This document shows positions 34,508-44,163 of a stretch of 64,000 nucleotides of DNA, piece by piece (position 1 is the first letter of the stretch; every line of letters starts with the position of its first letter). The DNA is from a virus. The position numbers and the translations under genes are program-made. Below the pieces are notes generated by a model. It was not told the DNA's origin and did not search any database. It saw only the letters and a program-made list of their open reading frames with translations. The stretch is taken from the IMG/VR virus record IMGVR_UViG_3300025117_000002; one strand, 5' to 3'.

Positions 34508-35614
34508 TTATCCAGCTACTATTGCCAGGGTGCCTAGAATGGCTATTTCATGTGTGCCTACTGCGATATCAGCTTGTGGAGATGATATGGTTATATCACG
34601 AACTCCAGCATTGGAATAGAAAGTATCCGCAATAAGCTTCTCGTAGTTCACCGTTTGACCAATATCAAGCTTTGAAAAATAATAACTGACAGCAGACTCT
34701 ACATAAGGTTTAACTCCGTAGAAGTCATCAGCAGTAAGAGTCAGAGTCATATCTATCGCAACAGGAGACACGGATGAAACTACTACTTTTACCCCTGCTG
34801 CTTTGTACCCTTCTATCAGTATACCATCGCTGTTGGTATAGCCGTCTATTATCTGTTGTGCTTTCGTTACAAGACCTCCAGAAGCAGTACCAGTTCCATT
34901 ATCGATGAAACAATCTACATACCCCAAGTTTGAAGGGAAATCATAAGCTTTTACTCTGATTACTCGCTCAGTAACATTACCAGCAACGTCTGTCAAAGCA
35001 GCAAGAGATGCTCCGTACTGTATAGCAGCAATGGTTCCTCTGGACAAAGAATCTATGTACTGAGTGAACCTGTAAAACAAAGATGATTGACTCTCTGTAT
35101 CTGTGCCGCCTGAAATAGCTGATGCTGTTTTTGCCCAGCTCACCCCATACATTGGATTAGTAATATTAACTGGAGTATTAGGAGAGAATATATTATAAGA
35201 TGATCCGTATGTAGTAGCAATTACGGTAACATCTATTGAGTATGTGCCTAGAGCTATTGTAGCATCAGCCAGGGTCTTGTAAGTGTTGCCTGAAGCAGCC
35301 GCTACGATTGTTCCAGCAGGTACAACCGTGTCTGTAGTCGCAGGGTTATCTCTTCCGAATGTAATCAAACCAGAAGCATATGTACCTTGTACCGGGACAA
35401 AGTTAAAAGCCGACAGTATTGATTCTTGAATCGCTTTCTGAATACCTTGCCAGAGCCGGAAGTATATTTCTTCTTCCTCCTGAGCTACAGCCTCCAGCAT
35501 ACATCGCATTACAGCTCCTACGTTGAAGTCAGTAAGCTCGTTATCTGAATAATAGATATAGTTCAGTAGACTGGCTTTCAGCAGCTCAAAGTCTTTTACC
35601 TCAAAGTTTGCCAC
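34508..35614 (-). CDS. Baseplate J-like protein
   Basis: N-terminus ...LLNYIYYSDNELTDFNVGAVMRCMLEAVAQEEEEIYFRL. Size and position beside a gp25/W-like gene fit the Baseplate_J family. Confidence 0.6.
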   Translation of the reverse strand: MANFEVKDFELLKASLLNYIYYSDNELTDFNVGAVMRCMLEAVAQEEEEIYFRLWQGIQKAIQESILSAFNFVPVQGTYASGLITFGRDNPATTDTVVPAGTIVAAASGNTYKTLADATIALGTYSIDVTVIATTYGSSYNIFSPNTPVNITNPMYGVSWAKTASAISGGTDTESQSSLFYRFTQYIDSLSRGTIAAIQYGASLAALTDVAGNVTERVIRVKAYDFPSNLGYVDCFIDNGTGTASGGLVTKAQQIIDGYTNSDGILIEGYKAAGVKVVVSSVSPVAIDMTLTLTADDFYGVKPYVESAVSYYFSKLDIGQTVNYEKLIADTFYSNAGVRDITISSPQADIAVGTHEIAILGTLAIVAG

Positions 35615-35626
35615 AATTTATCCCCT

Positions 35627-36280
35627 TTATAATATTACTTGTTGCCCTGGTATTCTGAGTGCAATAGATGTTGCAAAATTACCTATCAGTTGCAAAGCAG
35701 CAACTATTTCGATTGAATCATGTCCATCGTATTCAGCGGTCAAAGACGAGAGGGATTCTACTCGTAAGTCTTCTAATATAGTTCTTGCCGCTTCAGCTTT
35801 TATCATCTCCAGAGAAGATAGCTCACCTACCTTGCCTATGTAAGTTGGTAGTTTGGTTCCGTAATCAGGGTAGTAGTACAGCCCACCTTTCAATACCTTG
35901 AACTTATGCTGAATGGCTTGTTTTATATTAGCAGCTCCTTTGTAAGTCAGTAAATCATGTCCTTCGTTACTACCTACTATAGCAAGTTGACCATTAACTA
36001 GTCCTATATCTGTACCCATGAGTATATCAAGATAGTTTATATTACTGATGTTTCTCTCAGTGAAATATATGTTTTCGCTCTCTTCATCAGAGAATGACAG
36101 CATGATACTATCACCTGGATAGAGTACTTTACCTCCATAGTATTCACCTTGCCTACCGATGTAAGGATACTCTAAGTTGTTATCGATAGCTATCTTAACC
36201 CACACATTAGGATTAGAATAGAATCTCTTAGCAATATCTCTGAGTGAATCATTCTCTTGTATGATGTATTTTCTTATCAT
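35627..36280 (-). CDS. LysM domain fused to a gp25/GPW-like baseplate wedge protein
   Basis: LysM: YIIQENDSLRDIAKRFYSNPNVWVKIAIDNNL. C-terminal half: IKQAIQHKFKVLKGGLYYYPDYGTKLPTYIG, like gp25/W. Confidence 0.5.
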   Translation of the reverse strand: MIRKYIIQENDSLRDIAKRFYSNPNVWVKIAIDNNLEYPYIGRQGEYYGGKVLYPGDSIMLSFSDEESENIYFTERNISNINYLDILMGTDIGLVNGQLAIVGSNEGHDLLTYKGAANIKQAIQHKFKVLKGGLYYYPDYGTKLPTYIGKVGELSSLEMIKAEAARTILEDLRVESLSSLTAEYDGHDSIEIVAALQLIGNFATSIALRIPGQQVIL

Positions 36281-37407
36281 TTTATTGAGTTAAATCCTAT
36301 CTTTGTGTTGTCAGAGATTAGAGTGGTTCCGCACCCGCTGGCTTTAAGGCTTGCGATAAGTTGTTTAATACTATCGATTGACGAAGAAACAAGGTCAATT
36401 GGGAGTTTTATAAGTGTAAGTAGAGCACATTTAAGCTGTTTGTACACATTAACTAGACCGAACAACGGAGAAAGAACAGTCTTGACTGTAGTTTTAATAT
36501 CATTGATCGCGTTGTTAATAGTATTAACTGTAGTTTGCGCTATATATACCGCCTTTTGCATGTTCTTGAAGATAGTATTCTGGTACAACATCTGCTCGAC
36601 TTTATCTTTTATATCTGCGTAAGTATTACGTATTTTTGTAGGAAAGTCTGTAATAGCAGTATTATTTATTGTAGTACCTAGATAGGAGTTTAGCCCTCCG
36701 TAGTTAGCCCCGGCAGAGGTCATTAGCTCACCCATCTCATCAAGAGCTACTTTATTTCTTTTAATAGAATCTGCTACAGCTACAATCCTAATATCAGGTC
36801 TATTTACATTGTTGGCTATAGAGTCAGAAACTTTGGTGATAGTAGAGAATGGTTTTACTCCTACGAGGTTTATGTCATAGAAATAATACATAGGTCTATC
36901 GCAGGAACGTATCTTATCAGGCAGTTTAGTAGGCTCAACAAACCACCAATCCTGAAAAGTGTCAGACCAATTGATTAGAACCATCTGATTAGGCGGCTTC
37001 ATGTCCTTCAAAGCCAACACGTTTTGCTTTGCATAAGCTTCAAACAGCTCGAAAAGCAGAGCATAAGCCTGATACCCATCTAAAGCTTGCTGTCCACCCT
37101 GACCCCTGGCCATTCTAAACCCAGTATGACCTCGTATTGTCCAGGTAGGAAGACCCTCACCCCATACTTGCACAAGACCTACAGGATTAGTATCAGCATC
37201 AAAACAGATCGAAGGTGTAACTTCGCTTCTCATAGGTTGACTTCTGATAAGATCAGTAGGGTTTATCTGAAAAGTGTATGCAGGTTCACTGCTAGTCGTG
37301 ATACGAGAATCCCATCCACTGATAGGAGAACCACCACCATCAGTCACCATTATTGTAATGGTCTGTTTGGCTTGTTGTACTAAACTTTCCCTGCTTAAAC
37401 CGTTCAT
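36277..37407 (-). CDS. Baseplate-region structural protein (376 aa)
   Basis: ORF-track frame with an ATGA overlap. The call rests on position within the baseplate block only. Confidence 0.4.
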   Translation of the reverse strand: MNGLSRESLVQQAKQTITIMVTDGGGSPISGWDSRITTSSEPAYTFQINPTDLIRSQPMRSEVTPSICFDADTNPVGLVQVWGEGLPTWTIRGHTGFRMARGQGGQQALDGYQAYALLFELFEAYAKQNVLALKDMKPPNQMVLINWSDTFQDWWFVEPTKLPDKIRSCDRPMYYFYDINLVGVKPFSTITKVSDSIANNVNRPDIRIVAVADSIKRNKVALDEMGELMTSAGANYGGLNSYLGTTINNTAITDFPTKIRNTYADIKDKVEQMLYQNTIFKNMQKAVYIAQTTVNTINNAINDIKTTVKTVLSPLFGLVNVYKQLKCALLTLIKLPIDLVSSSIDSIKQLIASLKASGCGTTLISDNTKIGFNSIK

Positions 37408-37442
37408 TTTTTGTTTACCCTCTTATAAGATAATATCCTAAT

Positions 37443-38351
37443 TTACATAGAAGGAGTAGGGGGAGGTGAGTTATCATGCTGATGAAGATTGTAAGTAGCT
37501 CTCATTCCTGACATACAGAATGTTGGCATAGTTCCATTCATGTCGTACACTTGAGCCACAGCTTTTATGTCAGTATCACATAGTATATTATTAGTTGTAT
37601 GCAGTGTACCGTTGATAGTTACAGCAGTCTGTCCACCTATCCCAGTCAAATAGAAAGTAGGAGCGCTGGCTGACACGTTACCTGCGTTATCAATGCTAAG
37701 TGTCATATGTGTCCCAGTAGCAGTTTCATGATCCAAACTAATATTACCAAGAGTGTCTAATACAAGTTTTGTAGTCTTGATATCTCCAGTATGATTCTGC
37801 TTACGCTTATCTATTGCATAAGTAGAAGCACTTGCTCCCCCATTCAGCCATGTGTGGTTGATTGTAAGAGCTATAGGTTCTTCCACCCTATTAGGATAAT
37901 CTTTTACCTCTTTTTGATTGTATTTATTAGATACTCTCTGAAATCGTTTTCGAGGATTTAAAGTAGTACTAGCTCCAAGCTTAATAAAAGTACCAGAGGG
38001 GTGTGAGAATTCCACAGTACCATCTTTAAGTATCTGATGCCATACATCTGACTCATGATGAAACAGACTTCTACCAAACTCAAAAGCCTCTTTACCACAT
38101 ATATTATCACAAGGATCATGGAAACTACCTAGCCAGTAATACATGTCACCAAAGTCACCTAGTCGTATTACTATACCAGTCTCACCAACATCAGGCAGAT
38201 TTCCGCTCCTACCGTACAATGGATTAGCCCGATCATGTAGAACATGAACTTTGATCTTACCCATTGACTCACGAATAAAGACCACATCTATGCAGTCTTC
38301 ATCTGGATACTCATCATTACTTATAACTCTGGCAATAAAAGCTGATATCAT
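37443..38351 (-). CDS. Baseplate central spike / gpV-like protein
   Basis: The N-terminal OB-like region (IARVISNDEY...VVFIRE...GETGIVIRLGD) and position downstream of the hub-like gene support the call. Weak. Confidence 0.4.
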   Translation of the reverse strand: MISAFIARVISNDEYPDEDCIDVVFIRESMGKIKVHVLHDRANPLYGRSGNLPDVGETGIVIRLGDFGDMYYWLGSFHDPCDNICGKEAFEFGRSLFHHESDVWHQILKDGTVEFSHPSGTFIKLGASTTLNPRKRFQRVSNKYNQKEVKDYPNRVEEPIALTINHTWLNGGASASTYAIDKRKQNHTGDIKTTKLVLDTLGNISLDHETATGTHMTLSIDNAGNVSASAPTFYLTGIGGQTAVTINGTLHTTNNILCDTDIKAVAQVYDMNGTMPTFCMSGMRATYNLHQHDNSPPPTPSM

Positions 38352-39922
38352 TGTTGTGATAACCCCTTCAAATAGCCGTCCTTAACAGGAGCAGGTAGTT
38401 CTTCTAGTCTTTTTTGAATATCAACAGTACGAGCAAAGGCTAGTCTACTAGCTAAAGTAGTCTCAAGATTGTCTCTGTCAGCATCAAACATACCTCTTGT
38501 AAGAGTATACGTTGTAGTACTCATTCCTTGTGTGTTTATAACGTCTGTTATCCTGTTTATGTAGTATGTTTGGTCTTTTCTACCAGTAACTTCATGTGGA
38601 AGTAAATACAACTCACCTAGACCAGTTGATATTTCCAGCGGAACCACTAGAGTAGCTTGTTTATATAAATCCATACATGCATTATAACTTGCATTTCTAA
38701 GGTTCAGTTGTATTACATTGAGTAAGGTTTCATCTTTCTCTATTATCGATCCTGTAGTAAGACCAGATCTACAACGAGAGTACGATGTGAGGAGGCTTAA
38801 AGCGTTATACCCTATCCTAGTGTAGCCAAGTACATCTACAATAGTGGGTAAATTCCAATTCCACCATCTTGTAGGATCAACTTCCATGTCCAATGTAAAA
38901 ATAGTCTTTAATAAAAAAGCACTTTTACACGTTCTAAAAGCTATGGGATTGTATTTAAGCACGTTTGTCTTCAGTGAATCCCACCTGGAGCTATCAAAAG
39001 ATACACCTCCACCTGGAAGACTTACAAAATCTATATCTTTCAACCCAGCATTACTGGTTGTAAATACAGGAAACGGATTCTCTCTTGATACCAGTGTAAG
39101 ATAGAAATTCTTGCTTGCTGGTCCTGGTAGTGGCACCATTGGGCCTACAGCATCACCTGACATACCAGCCATTTGATTCTCATCTATTATATCCAAGTAC
39201 ATCTCATGCAGCCAGCCTGTCTCTCCTTGTATCTCTGCAAGTTTAGCTAAAGCAGACCAGAAATCATACATCATAGCATCTGTAATATAAGAATGTGCCA
39301 TTGTGTAAGTGAAAGGTAATATGTCCGAACAGGTATCAAAGATGTAATGCAGATAATTTCCTATAGGAGAACCCAGTAAAGTAATTGGTTTTAGCAGCTC
39401 ATATAGACCATTGTTCACGATCTTACCCATAGACAGGGAAGGTTTATCCTCCAGAGGAGCAAGGCTTTTCCAGATGCGAGTCTTAACCCCTAAACTTGAA
39501 GCCATTGGATCAGACATATTATCGAAAGCGAGTAGTGGATTAATCAAGAAAGGAAAAGCGTGACACGATAAGGTGACACTACCCTCTCCCTTCGCAGCAT
39601 CCCAAGTTTCATCTTCATTTATTTCCATAACGAACCCGAAGAACTTGGTTCTTTCGACCACCTCACTCCTGTCACCTTGACGTACCGTGATAACTACCAC
39701 GTCCATTAGTTGTATTAAATTAGCCCAGGTGTTCCCATTAGAATCTCTTTGAGGTTTAAGCACCAAGGAAGCTGTGAAGTTAGGGGTATTTATAGCTCTG
39801 TCTATCTTTACGGAAACAAAGGCAGAGGAGGGATTAAGTGCTCCGAATTCAAACCAATCATGAGCACTGTATGGACTATTACCGTTCAGTCTAAATATAT
39901 CGACCATTACACCTAGTTGCAT
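38348..39922 (-). CDS. Tail/baseplate hub-region protein (524 aa)
   Basis: It lies immediately downstream of the tape measure with a 1-nt overlap. The call is from position only. Confidence 0.35.
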   Translation of the reverse strand: MQLGVMVDIFRLNGNSPYSAHDWFEFGALNPSSAFVSVKIDRAINTPNFTASLVLKPQRDSNGNTWANLIQLMDVVVITVRQGDRSEVVERTKFFGFVMEINEDETWDAAKGEGSVTLSCHAFPFLINPLLAFDNMSDPMASSLGVKTRIWKSLAPLEDKPSLSMGKIVNNGLYELLKPITLLGSPIGNYLHYIFDTCSDILPFTYTMAHSYITDAMMYDFWSALAKLAEIQGETGWLHEMYLDIIDENQMAGMSGDAVGPMVPLPGPASKNFYLTLVSRENPFPVFTTSNAGLKDIDFVSLPGGGVSFDSSRWDSLKTNVLKYNPIAFRTCKSAFLLKTIFTLDMEVDPTRWWNWNLPTIVDVLGYTRIGYNALSLLTSYSRCRSGLTTGSIIEKDETLLNVIQLNLRNASYNACMDLYKQATLVVPLEISTGLGELYLLPHEVTGRKDQTYYINRITDVINTQGMSTTTYTLTRGMFDADRDNLETTLASRLAFARTVDIQKRLEELPAPVKDGYLKGLSQQ

Positions 39923-42900
39923 TAGCGTTTCCCGTTGGAGTTAGGCAGAGGGACAAGGTGATGCTCAAACGTTTCTTTTAGTTTGTCTCTACCTTGCTGA
40001 TTGACAGTAAAACCAGGAATACCGACATGCAAAGTGCTAATGTTGACTCCAGAGTTACCGCTGTGATTAGCATTTTGCTGCTGTTTAGCAGACTCTTCAG
40101 AAAGTCTTACTGTATTGGACTTCTCTTTCTCAATCTGCTTCTCTGTTTTTACTATCTCTTTATTGTATATTTTCTCTACTTTCTCCTGTGACTTTCTATC
40201 TACAGGAGGTGCTGAGTGCGAAGACTGTAACTGAGGCACAACAAGCTTCTCTGTTAGTTTCTCTCTGTAGACCTCTTTCTTTGCATCTTTCAGTAAGGGA
40301 AACTCTTGAGTCTTCTTATCATTTGACTTCATATTAACAGAAGAGACAGGAGTATGCGTACTCATCATGTCATAAGTGGATGTGTGTTTTTTTACAGCTT
40401 TGTTAGTCTGCTCCTCTGTCTTAGTGTTATGCTTAAAGTGTTTTTTATTATACTCATAAGCAACTTCTTGTTCTTTTTTAGTACCGTGAGTTGACATGCC
40501 ACGATTCGCTGTATTAGCTTCATTAATTTCTTGTTCTCTGCGAAGCTCCTCCTCATAGTATCCCATGATTTTAGGAACGTATTCTTGAGTCTCTTTCGGA
40601 CCTTTATGACCCTTGGCTACTTTAGCTTCATGCCCCCAATTATAAGCTCTTAATACTTTTTCAGGATCACCGTCAAATTTTTTCCAAAGGTATGCAAGGT
40701 GTTTCACTCCACCTTTAATATTTTGCGCCGGATCATTTACATCTTTGACCCCCAGCCCTTTGGCAGTCTCAGGCATGAGTTGCATAAGCCCACCAGCGCC
40801 AACTTTAGACTTGGCATCAGTCTTGAACTGACTCTCTTGTCTAATAACAGCATTAATAAAAGCCTTGGGTATTTCAGGATGTGCAGCCTGAGCCTCTGCT
40901 ACGTGCGGTTGTACAGCCTCCCAGCCTTTCTGCATCCACTTACTCATTGTGTTCCAGGCACCACTAGCTTTAGGAGCAACGTACTCGTAAGCTTTCTTTG
41001 TCTCAGGATATGTTTCCTTGACAGCCTCTTTAGTAGCAGTAGCTCCATGTTTAAGTATGTCTTTGAAAAACTCTAACGGAGGTTTGTTAGCAGAAGTTTC
41101 AAGCTTATTCATGGCTCTACCAACAGGAGTAGCCTCAGTATAAGGTTTCTCATTTGGATTAGCATTTTCTTTAGCAGAGTTACCAAAGAGTTTGTTAAGT
41201 GCATTCAGTTCAAAGTTTAGCTTTCCGATTTGCATATCAATGGTTTTGTCTAATGCAACTAATGCTCCGGTAAGCTCAACTTGATCCTTGAGGAATTTAG
41301 CTTTCTCCGACTTTTCAGCCTGTACATTGTGAGCTACGCCTTTATCAGCTGGCATTTTCTCTTGCTCACCCATAACAGCAGCTAGAGCGTCTTTATCGAA
41401 TTTACCTTGCTTGACACCCATAACAAAGTCAGCCCATTGCATCTGCTCTTTGTCGTTAAGCTCTCCACCTTTGAGCATCATCCCAAGCATGCCCTCGTTG
41501 CCCTCAAAATCTTTTATTAGCTTACTCATTGCTGGCAAAGACTGATCGCTGGTAAGTAGAGCTTGACGTTGCATCTGCATTCTTTGTGCAGGAGTCATGC
41601 CTTGATAGGTTTCCCTTGCTTTATCCATGTCACCACCATGAGTTTCAGCAAGGTTTTTAATAGCTGCTTCTTCCATATCAGGAAGCATTCCCATCATCTG
41701 CATCGACGCATAACGCTGTATGGGCATGTCGCCTAACATACCTTTTGTATTAGATAACATCTCAGCAGCACGATCACCTACAACACCGCGCATACCGGAC
41801 TTCTCGAAAGCTCTTAATTCAGCCACCATATTCTTTCCGGTGTCTTTGTAAATAGCTCCAAGATCTTTATTACCAAACTGTATTACTTTCTGTAACTGAC
41901 TGAGCCTTTCCGATCTATCAAAACCCAGCTTTGTTCCAGATACCATAGCATTCGTAAGCACAGCCAGAGAGTTCTCAGTACCAGCCCCTGTATGTGTTAT
42001 CATGCCACCTTCTTTGGCTACTGACAGAGTTTTTGCTGTCTCATCGAAGGTCATACCCTGCTTACGAGAGTACTCAGCAAGCATAGGGAGATATTTATCT
42101 CTATTAGCTCCTTCCAGATACATAGACCCTGTAGATTGAGCTAATGCCGGATACATCTGCTCCATCATTTCTTTGTCAGAGTAGATGCCTTTTTTACCTG
42201 GAGTTGTCTTTGTAGTCCAATCAGACAAGTCTTGTCCCAATCGATAACGATAAGACATTTCTTGTGACTGTTCCACATAAGATCGGGCAGGAGTTGCTTT
42301 ATCGAAAGCCCAATTCAGAGTCTTGTGCATACCAAACGCAGCAGCTCCTATTGCGGCTATAGCGGCTCCTACGGGATGCTTAGATGCAAGACCTTTAATA
42401 GAACCGGATAAGCCTGCACCAGCAGCTCCTTCAACTACTCCAGGCAAGCCTCCTCTGGCAAAGTCTTTGTAGCGTTCTAATAGAAAGCTATCCTGTTTCT
42501 TAGGCTCAAGTGGATTGTGAGGTTGCGGTCTAAGCGGATTCGGAGGAGCTGGTACAGGCGGCATGTTGATTCTACTACTGCCTGATTTAGAAGCAGACTC
42601 TAGGCGTTTCTGAGCGTCTATTACAGAATTTATATCATTCCTTGCTTTTGCGGCTTCTGCATAGTCTCGTTGCCGAAGTTGCAGTCTTTTTTCTAATAGC
42701 TGTATCTCTTTCTGTAAGGAAATGTTTGTACCAGTGGAGGCTTTAGCAGACTCAGAATAGGCATCCTTCAGATGACCTTTGATAGCATCGATCTGAAGGG
42801 TGATATCCTTCATCAAATTCTGTTGAGTACTCAGTAAAGAGTTCCAATCCTCTACATCTTTTGGGATTTCTTTATGAGCCTGAGCAATCTGTTCAATGTA

Positions 42901-42978
42901 CCTTCTTATATTATTGACAGCAGTTTCAGACGCATCATTTGATTTGAATTTGAAAACCAGATTGTTCCGACTTTCCAT
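39922..42978 (-). CDS. Tape measure protein with an embedded lytic transglycosylase (SLT) domain
   Basis: 1018 aa, long and helical. SLT motif AVIRQESQFKTDAKSKVGAGGLMQLMPETAKGLGV. It lies downstream of the chaperone pair. Confidence 0.85.
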   Translation of the reverse strand: MESRNNLVFKFKSNDASETAVNNIRRYIEQIAQAHKEIPKDVEDWNSLLSTQQNLMKDITLQIDAIKGHLKDAYSESAKASTGTNISLQKEIQLLEKRLQLRQRDYAEAAKARNDINSVIDAQKRLESASKSGSSRINMPPVPAPPNPLRPQPHNPLEPKKQDSFLLERYKDFARGGLPGVVEGAAGAGLSGSIKGLASKHPVGAAIAAIGAAAFGMHKTLNWAFDKATPARSYVEQSQEMSYRYRLGQDLSDWTTKTTPGKKGIYSDKEMMEQMYPALAQSTGSMYLEGANRDKYLPMLAEYSRKQGMTFDETAKTLSVAKEGGMITHTGAGTENSLAVLTNAMVSGTKLGFDRSERLSQLQKVIQFGNKDLGAIYKDTGKNMVAELRAFEKSGMRGVVGDRAAEMLSNTKGMLGDMPIQRYASMQMMGMLPDMEEAAIKNLAETHGGDMDKARETYQGMTPAQRMQMQRQALLTSDQSLPAMSKLIKDFEGNEGMLGMMLKGGELNDKEQMQWADFVMGVKQGKFDKDALAAVMGEQEKMPADKGVAHNVQAEKSEKAKFLKDQVELTGALVALDKTIDMQIGKLNFELNALNKLFGNSAKENANPNEKPYTEATPVGRAMNKLETSANKPPLEFFKDILKHGATATKEAVKETYPETKKAYEYVAPKASGAWNTMSKWMQKGWEAVQPHVAEAQAAHPEIPKAFINAVIRQESQFKTDAKSKVGAGGLMQLMPETAKGLGVKDVNDPAQNIKGGVKHLAYLWKKFDGDPEKVLRAYNWGHEAKVAKGHKGPKETQEYVPKIMGYYEEELRREQEINEANTANRGMSTHGTKKEQEVAYEYNKKHFKHNTKTEEQTNKAVKKHTSTYDMMSTHTPVSSVNMKSNDKKTQEFPLLKDAKKEVYREKLTEKLVVPQLQSSHSAPPVDRKSQEKVEKIYNKEIVKTEKQIEKEKSNTVRLSEESAKQQQNANHSGNSGVNISTLHVGIPGFTVNQQGRDKLKETFEHHLVPLPNSNGKR

Positions 42979-42979
42979 C

Positions 42980-43264
42980 TTATGGTTCCCCTAAAGCTGC
43001 TCTCTCTTTAGCTTCGTAATCTTCATCTATAAAAGATTCAGATTCGTCTACTACTCCTTTGCTAGCCATGTCATTTTTTATGATCCATAACATTTGTACT
43101 GAGGTTAAGTTAAGTATTTCCTCAGAGAACGGGCTTATCTTCAGTATGTCAGACACTCTCCCCTGAAGTTTCGCCTGGGTCAGTTGTAGGGTTTGTGGTA
43201 TCAGTGTCATCAGGTTGTGCTCCGTCTCCATTCTCAACCCGAAGATACCCCCGGTGAATTTCAT
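42980..43264 (-). CDS. Second tail-assembly chaperone frame (possible recoding extension of the upstream ORF)
   Basis: It overlaps the 149-aa ORF by 116 nt in the +1 frame and ends 1 nt before the tape measure start. Confidence 0.4.
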   Translation of the reverse strand: MKFTGGIFGLRMETEHNLMTLIPQTLQLTQAKLQGRVSDILKISPFSEEILNLTSVQMLWIIKNDMASKGVVDESESFIDEDYEAKERAALGEP

Positions 43265-43598
43265 ATATCACTTCAGACGGCATCTTATCTATCAAATCTT
43301 TTGTTATGTTTTTTGCCAATACTCTAAGCGTAGCGATCCCTTCAACCAGAAAAGAAGTATAGTTATCCAGACTTTCAGCAGGTATTGCTAGAAGAACTGG
43401 TTTATTGTTGAAGTCTACAATTGTTCCACGTAGTTTTGCTTCTTCTAGGCCAATTAATACCTGATCCCTGACACTTGGAAAACGCATTATAATAGAACCT
43501 TTGTATTCTTTGTTTTTAATAGTGAGGTCAAACGGTACTTCAAAGGTAAGTTCGTTTCCAGCGTTGATTTCATTCAGTGCTTTTTTTGCTTCATCCAT
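43149..43598 (-). CDS. Tail assembly chaperone (gpG-like position)
   Basis: 149 aa with an acidic C-terminus, lying between the tube and the tape measure. Confidence 0.5.
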   Translation of the reverse strand: MDEAKKALNEINAGNELTFEVPFDLTIKNKEYKGSIIMRFPSVRDQVLIGLEEAKLRGTIVDFNNKPVLLAIPAESLDNYTSFLVEGIATLRVLAKNITKDLIDKMPSEVIYEIHRGYLRVENGDGAQPDDTDTTNPTTDPGETSGESV

Positions 43599-43626
43599 TG
43601 TGTTGCTCCTTTTTGTAATAGATAAA

Positions 43627-43655
43627 GAGGAGGAGCCTGTTTATGACTCCTCCTC
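43627..43655 (-). terminator. Hairpin/partial terminator downstream of the tube gene
   Basis: GAGGAGGAG (43627-43635) pairs with CTCCTCCTC (43647-43655) across an 11-nt loop. The minus strand continues TTTATCTATT. Confidence 0.5.
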
Positions 43656-43685
43656 AAAGTGATACTAACTATGCGGTTTTACGGG

Positions 43686-44129
43686 TTAAACACCCGGAGG
43701 AAGAATCGATTTTCCGATAACATTCCTGACAATCCTGAGAGGTACGAATGTTGCTCTCTCACCAACAAAAGCGTTGGCTGTGATCGTTACAGTCGTGGAA
43801 TGCAGTGTACATCCCTGCATAATCATTACTGTGCTTCCCGAATCCTTTTCGATGATTTCGATATCGACAGGACTGATGTTGAGAACACCTTCAGAACTTG
43901 TGTCAACGTTAGCCAGAAGCTGAATGTCCCTTTTAATAAAGAACTTATCCAGTTCAAGGTTTCCTGTCCACTTCTGAGGAGTGTTCTCTACCGGAAGAAT
44001 AGAGCCGATGACATAAGCACCCTCAACACCGAAGTCTTGATTGGCTACTATGCTTCTCGCAGCTCCTACTTCCTCCCCACTCACTTTGAGCAGGATATTA
44101 TGACCTGTGGTAATAAATCCCTGTGGCAC
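43686..44129 (-). CDS. Tail tube protein
   Basis: 147 aa, directly after the sheath gene, with a strong AAAGGAGG SD. The call is from position and size. Confidence 0.55.
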   Translation of the reverse strand: MPQGFITTGHNILLKVSGEEVGAARSIVANQDFGVEGAYVIGSILPVENTPQKWTGNLELDKFFIKRDIQLLANVDTSSEGVLNISPVDIEIIEKDSGSTVMIMQGCTLHSTTVTITANAFVGERATFVPLRIVRNVIGKSILPPGV

Positions 44130-44163
44130 TGTGAAACACCTCCTTTAGTCTGTGTCTGTTATG

